NCBI GenBank assembly: GCA_045545575.1
Contig: JAZQBE010000028.1
Coordinates: 4,618-68,617, forward strand
Reading direction: 5' to 3'
Length of the DNA: 64,000 nt
Source: Shuttleworthella sp.
Lineage (GTDB): Bacteria; Bacillota; Clostridia; Lachnospirales; Lachnospiraceae
The position numbers and the translations under genes are program-made. Shown piece by piece: positions 54,575 to 63,306 of this stretch. The stretch's first letter is position 1. Every line of letters begins with the position of its first letter. Below the pieces are notes generated by a model. That model did not search any database. It had not been told where the DNA came from and saw only the letters and a program-made list of their open reading frames with translations.

Positions 54575-56131
54575 TCAGTGATAAACCACCACCGTCGTTC
54601 CGGAGGGGATATTGTCATAGATCCACTTCGCGTCCTCTAAGACCATGCGCACGCAGCCGTGCGAGATCGGCACGCCGAGACGGCCGTCGCGGATCCGCAG
54701 CGGTTCGGGATCCTGATAGTAGCTGATCGAGTGGAACAGGTAATCGTAGTAGAACTGGGTCGCGTAGAACAGGCGGTGTCCCTCGGAATCAAAATAGCGC
54801 ATCTTGATGCCGACCTTGAACGTGCCCTCCACGGTCGGCGTCCGCGGGGCGCCGTCGCTGACGGTCACGTACATCACTTCCTTCCAGCGGCCCTTCGCTC
54901 CCTCGTAGACACCGGTGGTGTGGGTGGTGCGGTTCACAAGGATGATGTACTTGCTCGGGCTGCTGTAGTCGTTCGCGCGAAGCAGCATGTCCACACGGGC
55001 GGTGGAATGCGCGTCGGACACGAAGGTGAATTCCTCGGTGGACAGGTCGTTCCAGACGTAGCCCGGAATGGTGTCGCTTAACGCGGTCACGTTGCCGTTG
55101 GCGTCATAGTGGTACCACAGCTTGTGGGCATAGACCCAGCCGTTCTTCCACTCCACGGTGGTCAGATTGTAGGGCAGGTAGCCGATGTCCGTATGCGCGG
55201 CGCCGTTTTCCGCGGAGATCAGGATGTGCACCGTTCCGCGCTCCATGCGGTCGCGCTTCGGGATGAAGATCAGATAGGCATCGCCGTCGAACCAGCCTTC
55301 GTAGCCGCCGAGGTCGTCCGCCTCGTGGCCCTCGGACCAGACCAGGGCGTTCACGTGGTCGGCCTTCTTCATGCCGCAGGGATTGTAGACCTTCGCGATG
55401 ACCACGTCGCCCGCGTCACGCAGATACATGAAGTTCGCCGGCAGGGTCTCGGAGGGCGCCTTCTTCGGGCCGTCCATGCCGTACCAGGCAATGCCTTCGT
55501 CGTTCCATGTGCCCCAGGAGACAAGGGTGTTGTGCTCGTTTAAATCCGTCGTAAAGTTGTGGGCGCCGGTCGTAAGCACCGGGGAATACTCGCGGTAGAC
55601 CGGGATATTGCCCTCCTTGGCGGAATACCAGGCGATGCCTTCGTCGTTCCAGCCGTTGGCGATCAGGTGCTGATACTCGATATAATCTGTGGTGTAGTGA
55701 TGATCGCTGACGCCCGGGTGGAACACGCGGTAGACCGGCGTTTCCGATTTCACCGGCGCATACCAGCCGATGCCCTCGTAGTCCCAGCCGACCAGGATCA
55801 GCGTGTCGCGCTCGTTCGTGTCCGCCGTGTACAGGTGCTCATGGGTGTTCGGATTGTACAGACGGTACATGGGCTGTGTCGCGACGGGCTCGACTTCACC
55901 GTCTGTGTCCGCCGGGTCCGCCGGCGCGGCCGGATCGTCCGCCGCGGGATCCGCCGCATCTGTTCCTTCCGCCTTCAGCGTCTCCACCTGGACGGTCTCC
56001 GCTTCCGAAGGCTCCTCAGCCAGAGCCAGGATGCCCGACGTCAGCACGATGGCCGCGACGGCGAGCAGCGCGATGACGCGCACCCAGAGGCTGCGGGGTT
56101 CTTTTCCGTTTCTCTTGTGATTGTTTTTCAT
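54575..56131 (-). CDS. L,D-transpeptidase (YkuD domain) carrying the 134-aa triple-repeat module
   Basis: C-terminal 'SHGCVRM'. N-terminal TM/signal 'VRVIALLAVAAIVLTSGILALA'. The ATG at 56131 lies behind GGAG. An alternative in-frame ATG at 56143 is the start used in the ORF track. Confidence 0.8.
   Translation of the reverse strand: MKNNHKRNGKEPRSLWVRVIALLAVAAIVLTSGILALAEEPSEAETVQVETLKAEGTDAADPAADDPAAPADPADTDGEVEPVATQPMYRLYNPNTHEHLYTADTNERDTLILVGWDYEGIGWYAPVKSETPVYRVFHPGVSDHHYTTDYIEYQHLIANGWNDEGIAWYSAKEGNIPVYREYSPVLTTGAHNFTTDLNEHNTLVSWGTWNDEGIAWYGMDGPKKAPSETLPANFMYLRDAGDVVIAKVYNPCGMKKADHVNALVWSEGHEADDLGGYEGWFDGDAYLIFIPKRDRMERGTVHILISAENGAAHTDIGYLPYNLTTVEWKNGWVYAHKLWYHYDANGNVTALSDTIPGYVWNDLSTEEFTFVSDAHSTARVDMLLRANDYSSPSKYIILVNRTTHTTGVYEGAKGRWKEVMYVTVSDGAPRTPTVEGTFKVGIKMRYFDSEGHRLFYATQFYYDYLFHSISYYQDPEPLRIRDGRLGVPISHGCVRMVLEDAKWIYDNIPSGTTVVVYH
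55469..55870 (-). repeat. Coding triple-repeat module, copy 3 (134 aa)
   Basis: 'MYRLYNPNTHEHLYT..GWDYEGIGWYAP..PVYRVFHPGVSDHHYT..GWNDEGIAWYSA..PVYREYSPVLTTGAHNFTT..TWNDEGIAWYG'. Confidence 0.8.
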
Positions 56132-56169
56132 CTGTGACTCCATAGCGTTTTGATGATTATATGGATCTG

Positions 56170-58056
56170 TCAGGCCCGGCTGCGCTGCGCGAGTCCGAAG
56201 CCTGCGCTGTCAAGCGACAGGTTGGGATTGTAGAACGGATCGCCGGCCGAAAGGACCTCTTCCCAGGTTTCCGAAAACCGTTCGATTTCCTTTCCGAAGC
56301 GCCGCCGCTTTTCTTCCGTGTCTTCGCTGCCGCGGCTCTTTGACTCATAATGATACAACGCGGCGGCGGGATTGTAAATCACCGATCTGCCCAATCTTCG
56401 CACCCGAAGACACAGGTCCGCATCGTTAAAAGTGACAGCCAGCTGCTCGTCCATGCCGCCGGCCTCTTCATACAGCTTTTTTTCGATCAGAAGGCAGGCG
56501 CCGGTCACGGCGGAAAGCTCCTGCATCGCGATGACGCGGTTGAAATACCCGGGATCGGATTCGTCCGCGCCGGCGAAGGCATGGCCGGCCACGCCGCCGA
56601 GGCCGAGATAGATGCCAGCGTGCTGAATCGTGTCGTCCGGATAGAACAGGCGGGCGCCGACGATTCCCGCGTGCTCGCAGACGGCTGTTTCCACTAAGGT
56701 GCGCACAGCGCCCGGCGTGCGCACGGACGTGTCGTTGTTTAACAGCAGAAGGTATTCGCCCTTCGCCTGCGCCGCGCCGAAATTGTTGATCGCGGAATAA
56801 TTGAATTCCTGCCCGTCCCACGCAAGAACCCGCACCCGCGCGTCCTTCGCCTGCCATTTTTCATAACAGGCCCGGGTGGCGGCTTCGGTGCTGCCGTTCT
56901 CCAGAAGGAGCACTTCTATATTCTCATAGCCGCCGTCCGATAAAAGGGACACAAGGCAGCGGTCGAGGACGGCGCTTTCGTCCCGGTTCGGGATCAGCAC
57001 GGAGACCAGCGGTTCTTCGCCGCTGTGCCAGCGGGTCTGATAGGTGCCGTAGACCGCGGTGTTTCCCACCGTGCCCGGCAGCCGCAGACGGTCGTAGTGG
57101 GCCTGCACCGCGCGCTTTCCCGCCTCAAAGGCGTAGAGCTTGCTCTGGGGATTCTCCGCCGTGGACTCGCCGTAGGCCCGCCAGTGGTAAAGCACCCGCG
57201 GAATGTGGCAGACCCGGTCCGTCCGCTCGCAGCAGCGCAGGATCAGATCGTAGTCCTGGGCGCCTTCGAATTCGGACCGCAGAAGCGCGCCGCCCTCTTC
57301 TGAAAGCACCTGCTCCAGCAGGGCCTTTTTCACCACCAGGAAATGGCACAGGTAGTTCATGGAACACAGCAGCGGCAGGTTGTAGTCCGCCTTGAAATGC
57401 GGAAGCAGCCGGTGCGCCCCGTCCTCGGACAGGTTGTCGACGTCGCTGTAAAAAACGTCGATGCACTCGTCCTTTGAAAGCGCCTGCCGCATCCGGTACA
57501 GCGCGTCCGGCGAAATCGTGTCGTCGTGGTCGAGAAAGGCGATCCATTCGCCCCGGGCCGCGGCGTACGCCGCGTTGGTATTGCCCACGATGCCGCCGTT
57601 TTCTTCAAGGGGCAGCAGCCGGATCCGCGCGTCCCGCGCCGCCTGGGCTTCGATCAGCCGCTTCCAGCCCGCCCCGGCCGGATCACCGGCCGGATAGGCG
57701 CTCCCGTCCGCGAGGATCAGCTCCCAGTCCGGGTCGGTCTGGGCCAGCACGGCGTCCACCATCTGGGTCAGAAACAGCGGACGGGTGCGGTAAACCGGCA
57801 CGAGAACCGAAAAGAACGGCTGGGCGGGGGCGGTTTCTTTGCACGCCGCACGCTGTCCGGCCAGCTCCGCTTCCCCGGGTTCGTTGGCCGCGATCCACGC
57901 CTCGTAGGAGTCAAACCGCGCCCGCTCCTTCCGGCGGCGGATCCGTCCGCGCAGTTTTGCGGCCACGCCGGCAAAGCCCTTCTTCCGAAAGGTTTTGACA
58001 CCGCGCTCAAGGAAGCCGCCGGCCGTATGCAGTTTTTCGCGAACGGATGTCTTCAT
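56170..58056 (-). CDS. Tandem GT2-family glycosyltransferase (two GT-A modules)
   Basis: 'FSVLVPVYRTRPLFLTQMVDAVLAQT..ELILADG', 'AFLDHDD', then a second module 'VSVLIPNRDE...IEVLLLENGS' and 'LLLLNNDT'. The start is ambiguous (ATG 58056 or GTG 58068). Confidence 0.8.
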   Translation of the reverse strand: MKTSVREKLHTAGGFLERGVKTFRKKGFAGVAAKLRGRIRRRKERARFDSYEAWIAANEPGEAELAGQRAACKETAPAQPFFSVLVPVYRTRPLFLTQMVDAVLAQTDPDWELILADGSAYPAGDPAGAGWKRLIEAQAARDARIRLLPLEENGGIVGNTNAAYAAARGEWIAFLDHDDTISPDALYRMRQALSKDECIDVFYSDVDNLSEDGAHRLLPHFKADYNLPLLCSMNYLCHFLVVKKALLEQVLSEEGGALLRSEFEGAQDYDLILRCCERTDRVCHIPRVLYHWRAYGESTAENPQSKLYAFEAGKRAVQAHYDRLRLPGTVGNTAVYGTYQTRWHSGEEPLVSVLIPNRDESAVLDRCLVSLLSDGGYENIEVLLLENGSTEAATRACYEKWQAKDARVRVLAWDGQEFNYSAINNFGAAQAKGEYLLLLNNDTSVRTPGAVRTLVETAVCEHAGIVGARLFYPDDTIQHAGIYLGLGGVAGHAFAGADESDPGYFNRVIAMQELSAVTGACLLIEKKLYEEAGGMDEQLAVTFNDADLCLRVRRLGRSVIYNPAAALYHYESKSRGSEDTEEKRRRFGKEIERFSETWEEVLSAGDPFYNPNLSLDSAGFGLAQRSRA

Positions 58057-58092
58057 AATAACAATCACGCATGTCTGCGGTTTCGGGGATCC

Positions 58093-61000
58093 TTACTGCC
58101 GCAGTTTCTTTAAGGAATCGATCACCGGCTGGGGCAGCACGCGTTTGAGCTCCCGCTTCACGCGGCTCTTCATCGAGTCCCCGCCTTCCGCAGGAGCCGG
58201 CTGCGCCGGACCGGGGAACCCGCCTCTGGTGCCGGCCGCACCGGTGCCGGCCGCGCCGATCATCTCGCTGTCGTCGATCCACGCGGGAATGGCGGCGCCT
58301 TCACAGCCCGGCGCGGACATGCCGCTTAAATAATCCCGGAGCAGCATTTCATAGCAGCCCAGCGTACGCGCCGTCTTCCACCAGCGGTCCGCCCAGACGC
58401 CGGCAGGCCGTACCCAGGGCTTGTCGCGGCCGGAAAAATGCAGGATGCCGGGATGGGCCAAAGCGGCTCGCCATGCGGCGCTTTCCGAGACGGACAGCGC
58501 TGCGACGGCGCCGTTCCGGGGGCCGACGAGAATGGCAAAATTGTCCGGCTGCTGCATGTTCCAGCGCGCGTCAAGGACAGCCGGCATTTCCGAACCGAGC
58601 AGGTTCACGGCCTCCGTTTCAAAGCCGGCAGGGAAGCCGGCAAAGGCCGCGAACACGGCTTCCGCCGTCACCTGCTGCCGCCAGCGGTCCAGATCCATCA
58701 GAAGAACGCCCGGCTGAATCCACCGGCGCAGGCTGCGCCCCTGGGCGCGGTCCTGCCACTGGGCCAGCAGCGGCGGATTGTAGCGGTTGTGCACCGTGAC
58801 GACGTCTACGTTGGGAACGCCGCCCACGGGCGCATCGCCCAGATCCGCGGCAAACAGCTCTGCGAGGTCGTCGCACACCAGGATATCACTGTCCAGCGTC
58901 AGGACCCGGCTGTAGTCCGGAAGCAGCTCGCCTAAAAGCGCGGGGAGCACCGGCGCCGTGATCGGCATCACAAGACCCCGGCGGCGCATCTTCCGAAGTG
59001 CCCAGGAGACGTCGTAAAAGCGGATTGCAAGATCCCCGGCCGCTTCTTCGAGCAGCCGCCGGCTTTCGTCCGACAGTCCGAAGTGAAGGACCAGCACGTC
59101 CAGTGCGGTTTCGGCCTTCTTCGACGCGGCCAGCGAAGCCAGGGCCGCGGCCGTATAGCGTGCGTACCCGTCGTCCGTGGAAAAGACCACCGGCATGCCG
59201 CCGGCCGGCTTCGGCGCCGGCGTTTCGGCGTCGGTAAAGGCGAACTGGATCCGCTGCAGATACCGCACCGCCATCGCGGCCGCATCCATCTGCTTTGCCG
59301 TCACAAAGATGCCCAGCATCCGCTCGCCGAGGAAGCCGTAAATCCGCGCGTTGTAGGAGCTGTAATCCACCAGCGCGTCCTGGCGGGCGGCTTCCACCTG
59401 GGCAAGCACGTCAAACAGAAATTCACTGTATTCGACAAACAGCTCCCGCCGCATTACGAACATGCTGCACGCGAGGCTGTCCGTCCCGTCCAGATAGGCT
59501 TCCATCGCCGGAACGTATGCCGGCCAGCGGTCGCGGACCGCCTGTTCCATACAGGCGAGATCGGCGGCTTCGTGATTCTTCACATACAGTTCCCGCACGG
59601 AAAGCGCGTCCCCGTTGCGCACGTCGTAGGGCTCCGGCAGGAAGATGTCCGCGCCCGACGAAAGCACGCGGTCCATCTGCTCCTTCGAAATTTCGTAGCA
59701 CGCCAGCGTATCCGCGTCGGGCGCATCCTCGGAAATCTGCGCTTCCGCGTCCGCCGCGAAGCGCGCGTCGGCGAAGGACAGATATCTGCGGTAATGGAAC
59801 AGGCCGAACCACGCCGGCGCGTCGGCCGAAAGCGCGCGGTTCTTCCACATCCAGTAATGGGCCGTCAGTTCACAGTAGTGCGGGTTCTTCGCTGAAATCT
59901 CTTCGCCCTCGCTGTCGGGCTGCATGCCGTGAAGCGGCTGTTTCTGCAGCGCCGCGCCCACGTGGATCGGCACCAGATACGGGTTGTCCGGCACAAAGGA
60001 AGGCTTGTGGCAGCAGACGCCGATGAACGCCTTTGCTTCCTTTGTGTCCGCGGACGCGTCCCTGACATAGGAAAACGCCTGTCCGAGCGGCGCCCAGTGC
60101 ATCACGCCGCCGCAGTCCACCGCCAGCCCCAGACCGTATCCGCCCGGCGCCAGGTCCGCCGCGGAGAAGTCCGCCGAAAAGCCGGTCTTCGCCGAGGGCA
60201 GATGAAAGACGCGTTTGACGTCCGGCCGCTCGGCCATCGCCGCGGCGACGCGGTAGGCCGGCATGCCGTTTTCCAGAAGAAGGATATAGACCTGCTGCTG
60301 TCCCACCGGCGGGCAGATGCCGGCCGATCCCTGTCCGGCCGCGCGCACGGTCTGCGCCGCGGGCGCTTCGGGCCGCAGGTAGAACGCATCCGAAAGATAC
60401 GCCCAGCCGCGCAGGGAAAGCACCTCCTTCGGACCGACGATGCCGAGGCCGCCGAGGCCCTGATCCAGCGCGTAGTGCAGGTTCGGGTTGCGGACGAACG
60501 AAACGCCTTCGGGAATCCGCTCCGCCGCGCAAAGCGCAGCGGCCGGCCGCACGGTGTAATCCGCGGAGACCGGATTGTAGGCCGGATTGTAGAACGGGTC
60601 GCTGCCGCGAAACTGCGGATGCAGACGGTACAGCAGCCGCCAGGCCGCCTGCATGGAAGCCTTCTTGGCGGGCCGGATCACGTCGCTGCCGCGGGTTAAG
60701 GATTCATAATGATACAGCACGGCGTCGTTGCGCAGGCAGTTGAAATAGCCCTTTTCATACAGACGCATGCAGAAATCGCAGTCGTTGTAGGCTTCCGGGA
60801 ACCGCTCGTCCCAGCCGCCGATTTCGTCGAATTTTTCGCGGGTCACCATCAGGCAGGCGCCCGTCACCATCAGCACGTTAATGTCCGAGCGGTTGATGCC
60901 GTAATCGAACACCTGCGCGTCGTCCGCGCCGCCGTACGCATGGCCGGGGCCGGATTCGAGGCTGACCACGCCCACGTGCTGGATCCGCGTTCCGCCCGGA

Positions 61001-62181
61001 TACAGCAGCTTCGCGCCCACCGCGCCCGCATGGGGAACGAGGGCCTGTCCGGCCATCCGCTTCATCCACACCGGCGAAATCACCTCGGTGTCGTCGTTCA
61101 AAAACAGCAGCAGGCCGCCGGCCGCCTTCGAGGCGCCCAGATTGCAGCTCTTCGAGAAATTGAAGGGCATCTTTTCATAGATGTACTGCGCGTCCATTTC
61201 GGCACAGAGCGCTTCGTACTGCGCCTTCGCTGTCGCGCAGCTGCCGTTGTCCACGACGAGGATCTCGTAATCCGGATACTCCGTCTTCTCCCGGATCGAC
61301 GCCAGGCAGCGGCGCAGCACGTCCGGATGGTCCTTCGACAGCACCACCGCCGACACCTTCGGCCAGGGATCCCATTCATAATTGACGCGGTACTGGAAGT
61401 TGTCGCCGATCCACTCCACGTCTCCCGAAAGCCCGCGGCGCGCCAGCGCGTCCGTTTTCGCCTTGATCACGCCGGTCTGGGCGTAGGGCTTCGCCTCCGG
61501 GTTCTCCGCGATGGAGCCGACACGCAGACGCCAGTGGTACAGAATCTGCGGGATGTGGGCGATCCGCGCCGGCGTCGTTTCTTCGGTAAAGCGCAGGGTA
61601 AACGCGTAGTCCTGGGCCCCGTCGCAGCCGTAGGGAATCCCGCCGATCCGCATCGCGATCTCGCGGCGGTACAGCGAAAAATGGCAGGTGTACATGATGT
61701 TCAGGAAATAGTCCGGCGACCAGTCCGGCTTGTAGAACGGATAGCACAGCGCGCTGCCGTCCTCGGTCATCTTGTCCTCGTCGCTGTAGATGAAATCCAG
61801 CTCGGGATTCTCGTTTAAGCGCGCCGCCATCGCCTCAAGAGCGTTGTCACACAGCACGTCGTCACAGTCAAGAAATGCGATAAACTCGCCCTCCGCCATC
61901 TCCATGGCGTCGTTCGTGGCCCGGGCGATGTGGCCGTTTTCTTCGCGGTATCTCAGCTTAAAGCGCGGATCGGCGTCGTAGGCGTGCAGGATCTGCGCCA
62001 TTTCCGGCATCGTGGAATGATCGTCCACCATGCACAGCTGCCAGTTGGGATAGGTCTGCGCGAGGACGGAATCGATGCACGCCTGCAGGATTTCCGGCGC
62101 GACGTTGTAGACCGGCACCAGAATCGAAATCAGCGGGCGGTAGGTAAACTCCGCGCGGTTTTCGCTTGTTGTGTTGCTCAT
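58093..62181 (-). CDS. 1362-aa multi-module glycosyltransferase: GT2 + GT2 + unknown spacer + DUF4422-like + GT8-like
   Basis: 'ISILVPVYNVAPEIL..MVDDHS..AFLDCDD'; 'VSAVVLSKDHP..ILVVDNGS..LFLNDDT'; 'ISAKNPHYCELTAHYWMWKN..FGLFHYRRYLSF'; 'VVFSTDDGYA..LDSDILVCDDL..HFSGRDKPW'. RBS AAAGGAAAG. Confidence 0.85.
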   Translation of the reverse strand: MSNTTSENRAEFTYRPLISILVPVYNVAPEILQACIDSVLAQTYPNWQLCMVDDHSTMPEMAQILHAYDADPRFKLRYREENGHIARATNDAMEMAEGEFIAFLDCDDVLCDNALEAMAARLNENPELDFIYSDEDKMTEDGSALCYPFYKPDWSPDYFLNIMYTCHFSLYRREIAMRIGGIPYGCDGAQDYAFTLRFTEETTPARIAHIPQILYHWRLRVGSIAENPEAKPYAQTGVIKAKTDALARRGLSGDVEWIGDNFQYRVNYEWDPWPKVSAVVLSKDHPDVLRRCLASIREKTEYPDYEILVVDNGSCATAKAQYEALCAEMDAQYIYEKMPFNFSKSCNLGASKAAGGLLLFLNDDTEVISPVWMKRMAGQALVPHAGAVGAKLLYPGGTRIQHVGVVSLESGPGHAYGGADDAQVFDYGINRSDINVLMVTGACLMVTREKFDEIGGWDERFPEAYNDCDFCMRLYEKGYFNCLRNDAVLYHYESLTRGSDVIRPAKKASMQAAWRLLYRLHPQFRGSDPFYNPAYNPVSADYTVRPAAALCAAERIPEGVSFVRNPNLHYALDQGLGGLGIVGPKEVLSLRGWAYLSDAFYLRPEAPAAQTVRAAGQGSAGICPPVGQQQVYILLLENGMPAYRVAAAMAERPDVKRVFHLPSAKTGFSADFSAADLAPGGYGLGLAVDCGGVMHWAPLGQAFSYVRDASADTKEAKAFIGVCCHKPSFVPDNPYLVPIHVGAALQKQPLHGMQPDSEGEEISAKNPHYCELTAHYWMWKNRALSADAPAWFGLFHYRRYLSFADARFAADAEAQISEDAPDADTLACYEISKEQMDRVLSSGADIFLPEPYDVRNGDALSVRELYVKNHEAADLACMEQAVRDRWPAYVPAMEAYLDGTDSLACSMFVMRRELFVEYSEFLFDVLAQVEAARQDALVDYSSYNARIYGFLGERMLGIFVTAKQMDAAAMAVRYLQRIQFAFTDAETPAPKPAGGMPVVFSTDDGYARYTAAALASLAASKKAETALDVLVLHFGLSDESRRLLEEAAGDLAIRFYDVSWALRKMRRRGLVMPITAPVLPALLGELLPDYSRVLTLDSDILVCDDLAELFAADLGDAPVGGVPNVDVVTVHNRYNPPLLAQWQDRAQGRSLRRWIQPGVLLMDLDRWRQQVTAEAVFAAFAGFPAGFETEAVNLLGSEMPAVLDARWNMQQPDNFAILVGPRNGAVAALSVSESAAWRAALAHPGILHFSGRDKPWVRPAGVWADRWWKTARTLGCYEMLLRDYLSGMSAPGCEGAAIPAWIDDSEMIGAAGTGAAGTRGGFPGPAQPAPAEGGDSMKSRVKRELKRVLPQPVIDSLKKLRQ

Positions 62182-62232
62182 AGGACTTTCCTTTATCTGT
62201 TGACTGCGTCTGACGCAAAAACGGGCCGCTTG

Positions 62233-63234
62233 TTACGGGGACGGCGAAAGCATCGCTTCGGCCGCCGCGGCTTCCGCGGCATAGGCCTCGGCTTCGGCGG
62301 CCAGCGCCGCGTAGGCGGGGTCGCCCCGGTGATCCGGAATGTCCAGCCCCGCGTCGAGCATTTCGCCGAGGTACCGGGTGATCCGCTGCGCGCCGTAGAA
62401 ATTCACATGGTCGCCGGCGTCGAGCATATCCGTTTCCCAATTGATGCCCAGCTCCTCGGGAATGCTGTTCATGTCCACATACCAGACGTCAAGCTCCGCG
62501 GCCAGCGCCGCGACGGCGTCCCGGCGCGCCAGGTTGAAAAAGGCCGGCGACACCGACGTGTAAAAGATCAGCGCCGTTCCCTCGCGGTCGCACAGGGCCT
62601 TGATCCGGCGGATGTACCAGGCCGTCATCGGATGGATGGTCTCCACCGTCTGCCCGACGTGCATGTAATCCGGCGAATAGCCGCTCGTCAGGATATCCGT
62701 GCGCACCGTAAACCCGCGCCGGATCGGATGCTGCACCGGAAGCGGCGGATCGATCAGCGTCTTCCAGGCGCTGTGATAGGCAAATAGCGGCAGCCGGTTC
62801 GCTTCTTCCGCAAGCGTATCCCGCAGCTCGGCCACGACGCCTTCATATAAGAAGAACTGGTTCGTCTCGAGAAGCACCGCCTTCGGCGACTGGCGTTTCA
62901 GCAGCTGCGACAGCAGCACGTAGGCCGCCTCCACCTTCTGCTGGGGCTGGCCGGCGTCGTAGACACTCCAGCCGTAATCCAGATACAGCTGCAGCGGGGA
63001 AACGGAGGTATAGCTTTCGCTGTCGCCCATGACAAGCACGTCAACGGTCTCTTCCGGCTCCATCTTTGCGAGCATGCTGCGCGAGGCACCGTCCGCCAGC
63101 TGCGCGGCATGCTTTCGCGCCAGCGCGTCCGTCGCGGCTGAGAACACCAAAAGAAGCGCCAGCAGCAGGGCAAAGAAGCCGAGCCGGGCGCGCAGCGGAT
63201 GCTTTGGAACCGATTGTGTCGTTACGTTCTCCAT
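62233..63234 (-). CDS. Membrane-anchored SGNH/GDSL-like protein (possible glycopolymer O-acyl esterase/transferase partner)
   Basis: ATG at 63234 gives 'MENVTTQSVPKHPLRARLGFFALLLALLLVF'. Block I-like 'VLVMGDSESY'. The track start (TTG 63270) lies inside the upstream terminator tail. Confidence 0.55.
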   Translation of the reverse strand: MENVTTQSVPKHPLRARLGFFALLLALLLVFSAATDALARKHAAQLADGASRSMLAKMEPEETVDVLVMGDSESYTSVSPLQLYLDYGWSVYDAGQPQQKVEAAYVLLSQLLKRQSPKAVLLETNQFFLYEGVVAELRDTLAEEANRLPLFAYHSAWKTLIDPPLPVQHPIRRGFTVRTDILTSGYSPDYMHVGQTVETIHPMTAWYIRRIKALCDREGTALIFYTSVSPAFFNLARRDAVAALAAELDVWYVDMNSIPEELGINWETDMLDAGDHVNFYGAQRITRYLGEMLDAGLDIPDHRGDPAYAALAAEAEAYAAEAAAAEAMLSPSP

Positions 63235-63261
63235 GCAGACTATTGTACTTTGTTTTTGTGA

Positions 63262-63291
63262 CAAAAACAACCGCCGCCCGAGGGCGGCGGC
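63262..63291 (-). terminator. Hairpin plus T-run after the edge-truncated gene
   Basis: Reverse strand: CCGCCGCCC-TCG-GGCGGCGG followed by TTGTTTTTG. Confidence 0.55.
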
Positions 63292-63306
63292 TGAAAAAGA
63301 TGCGGA

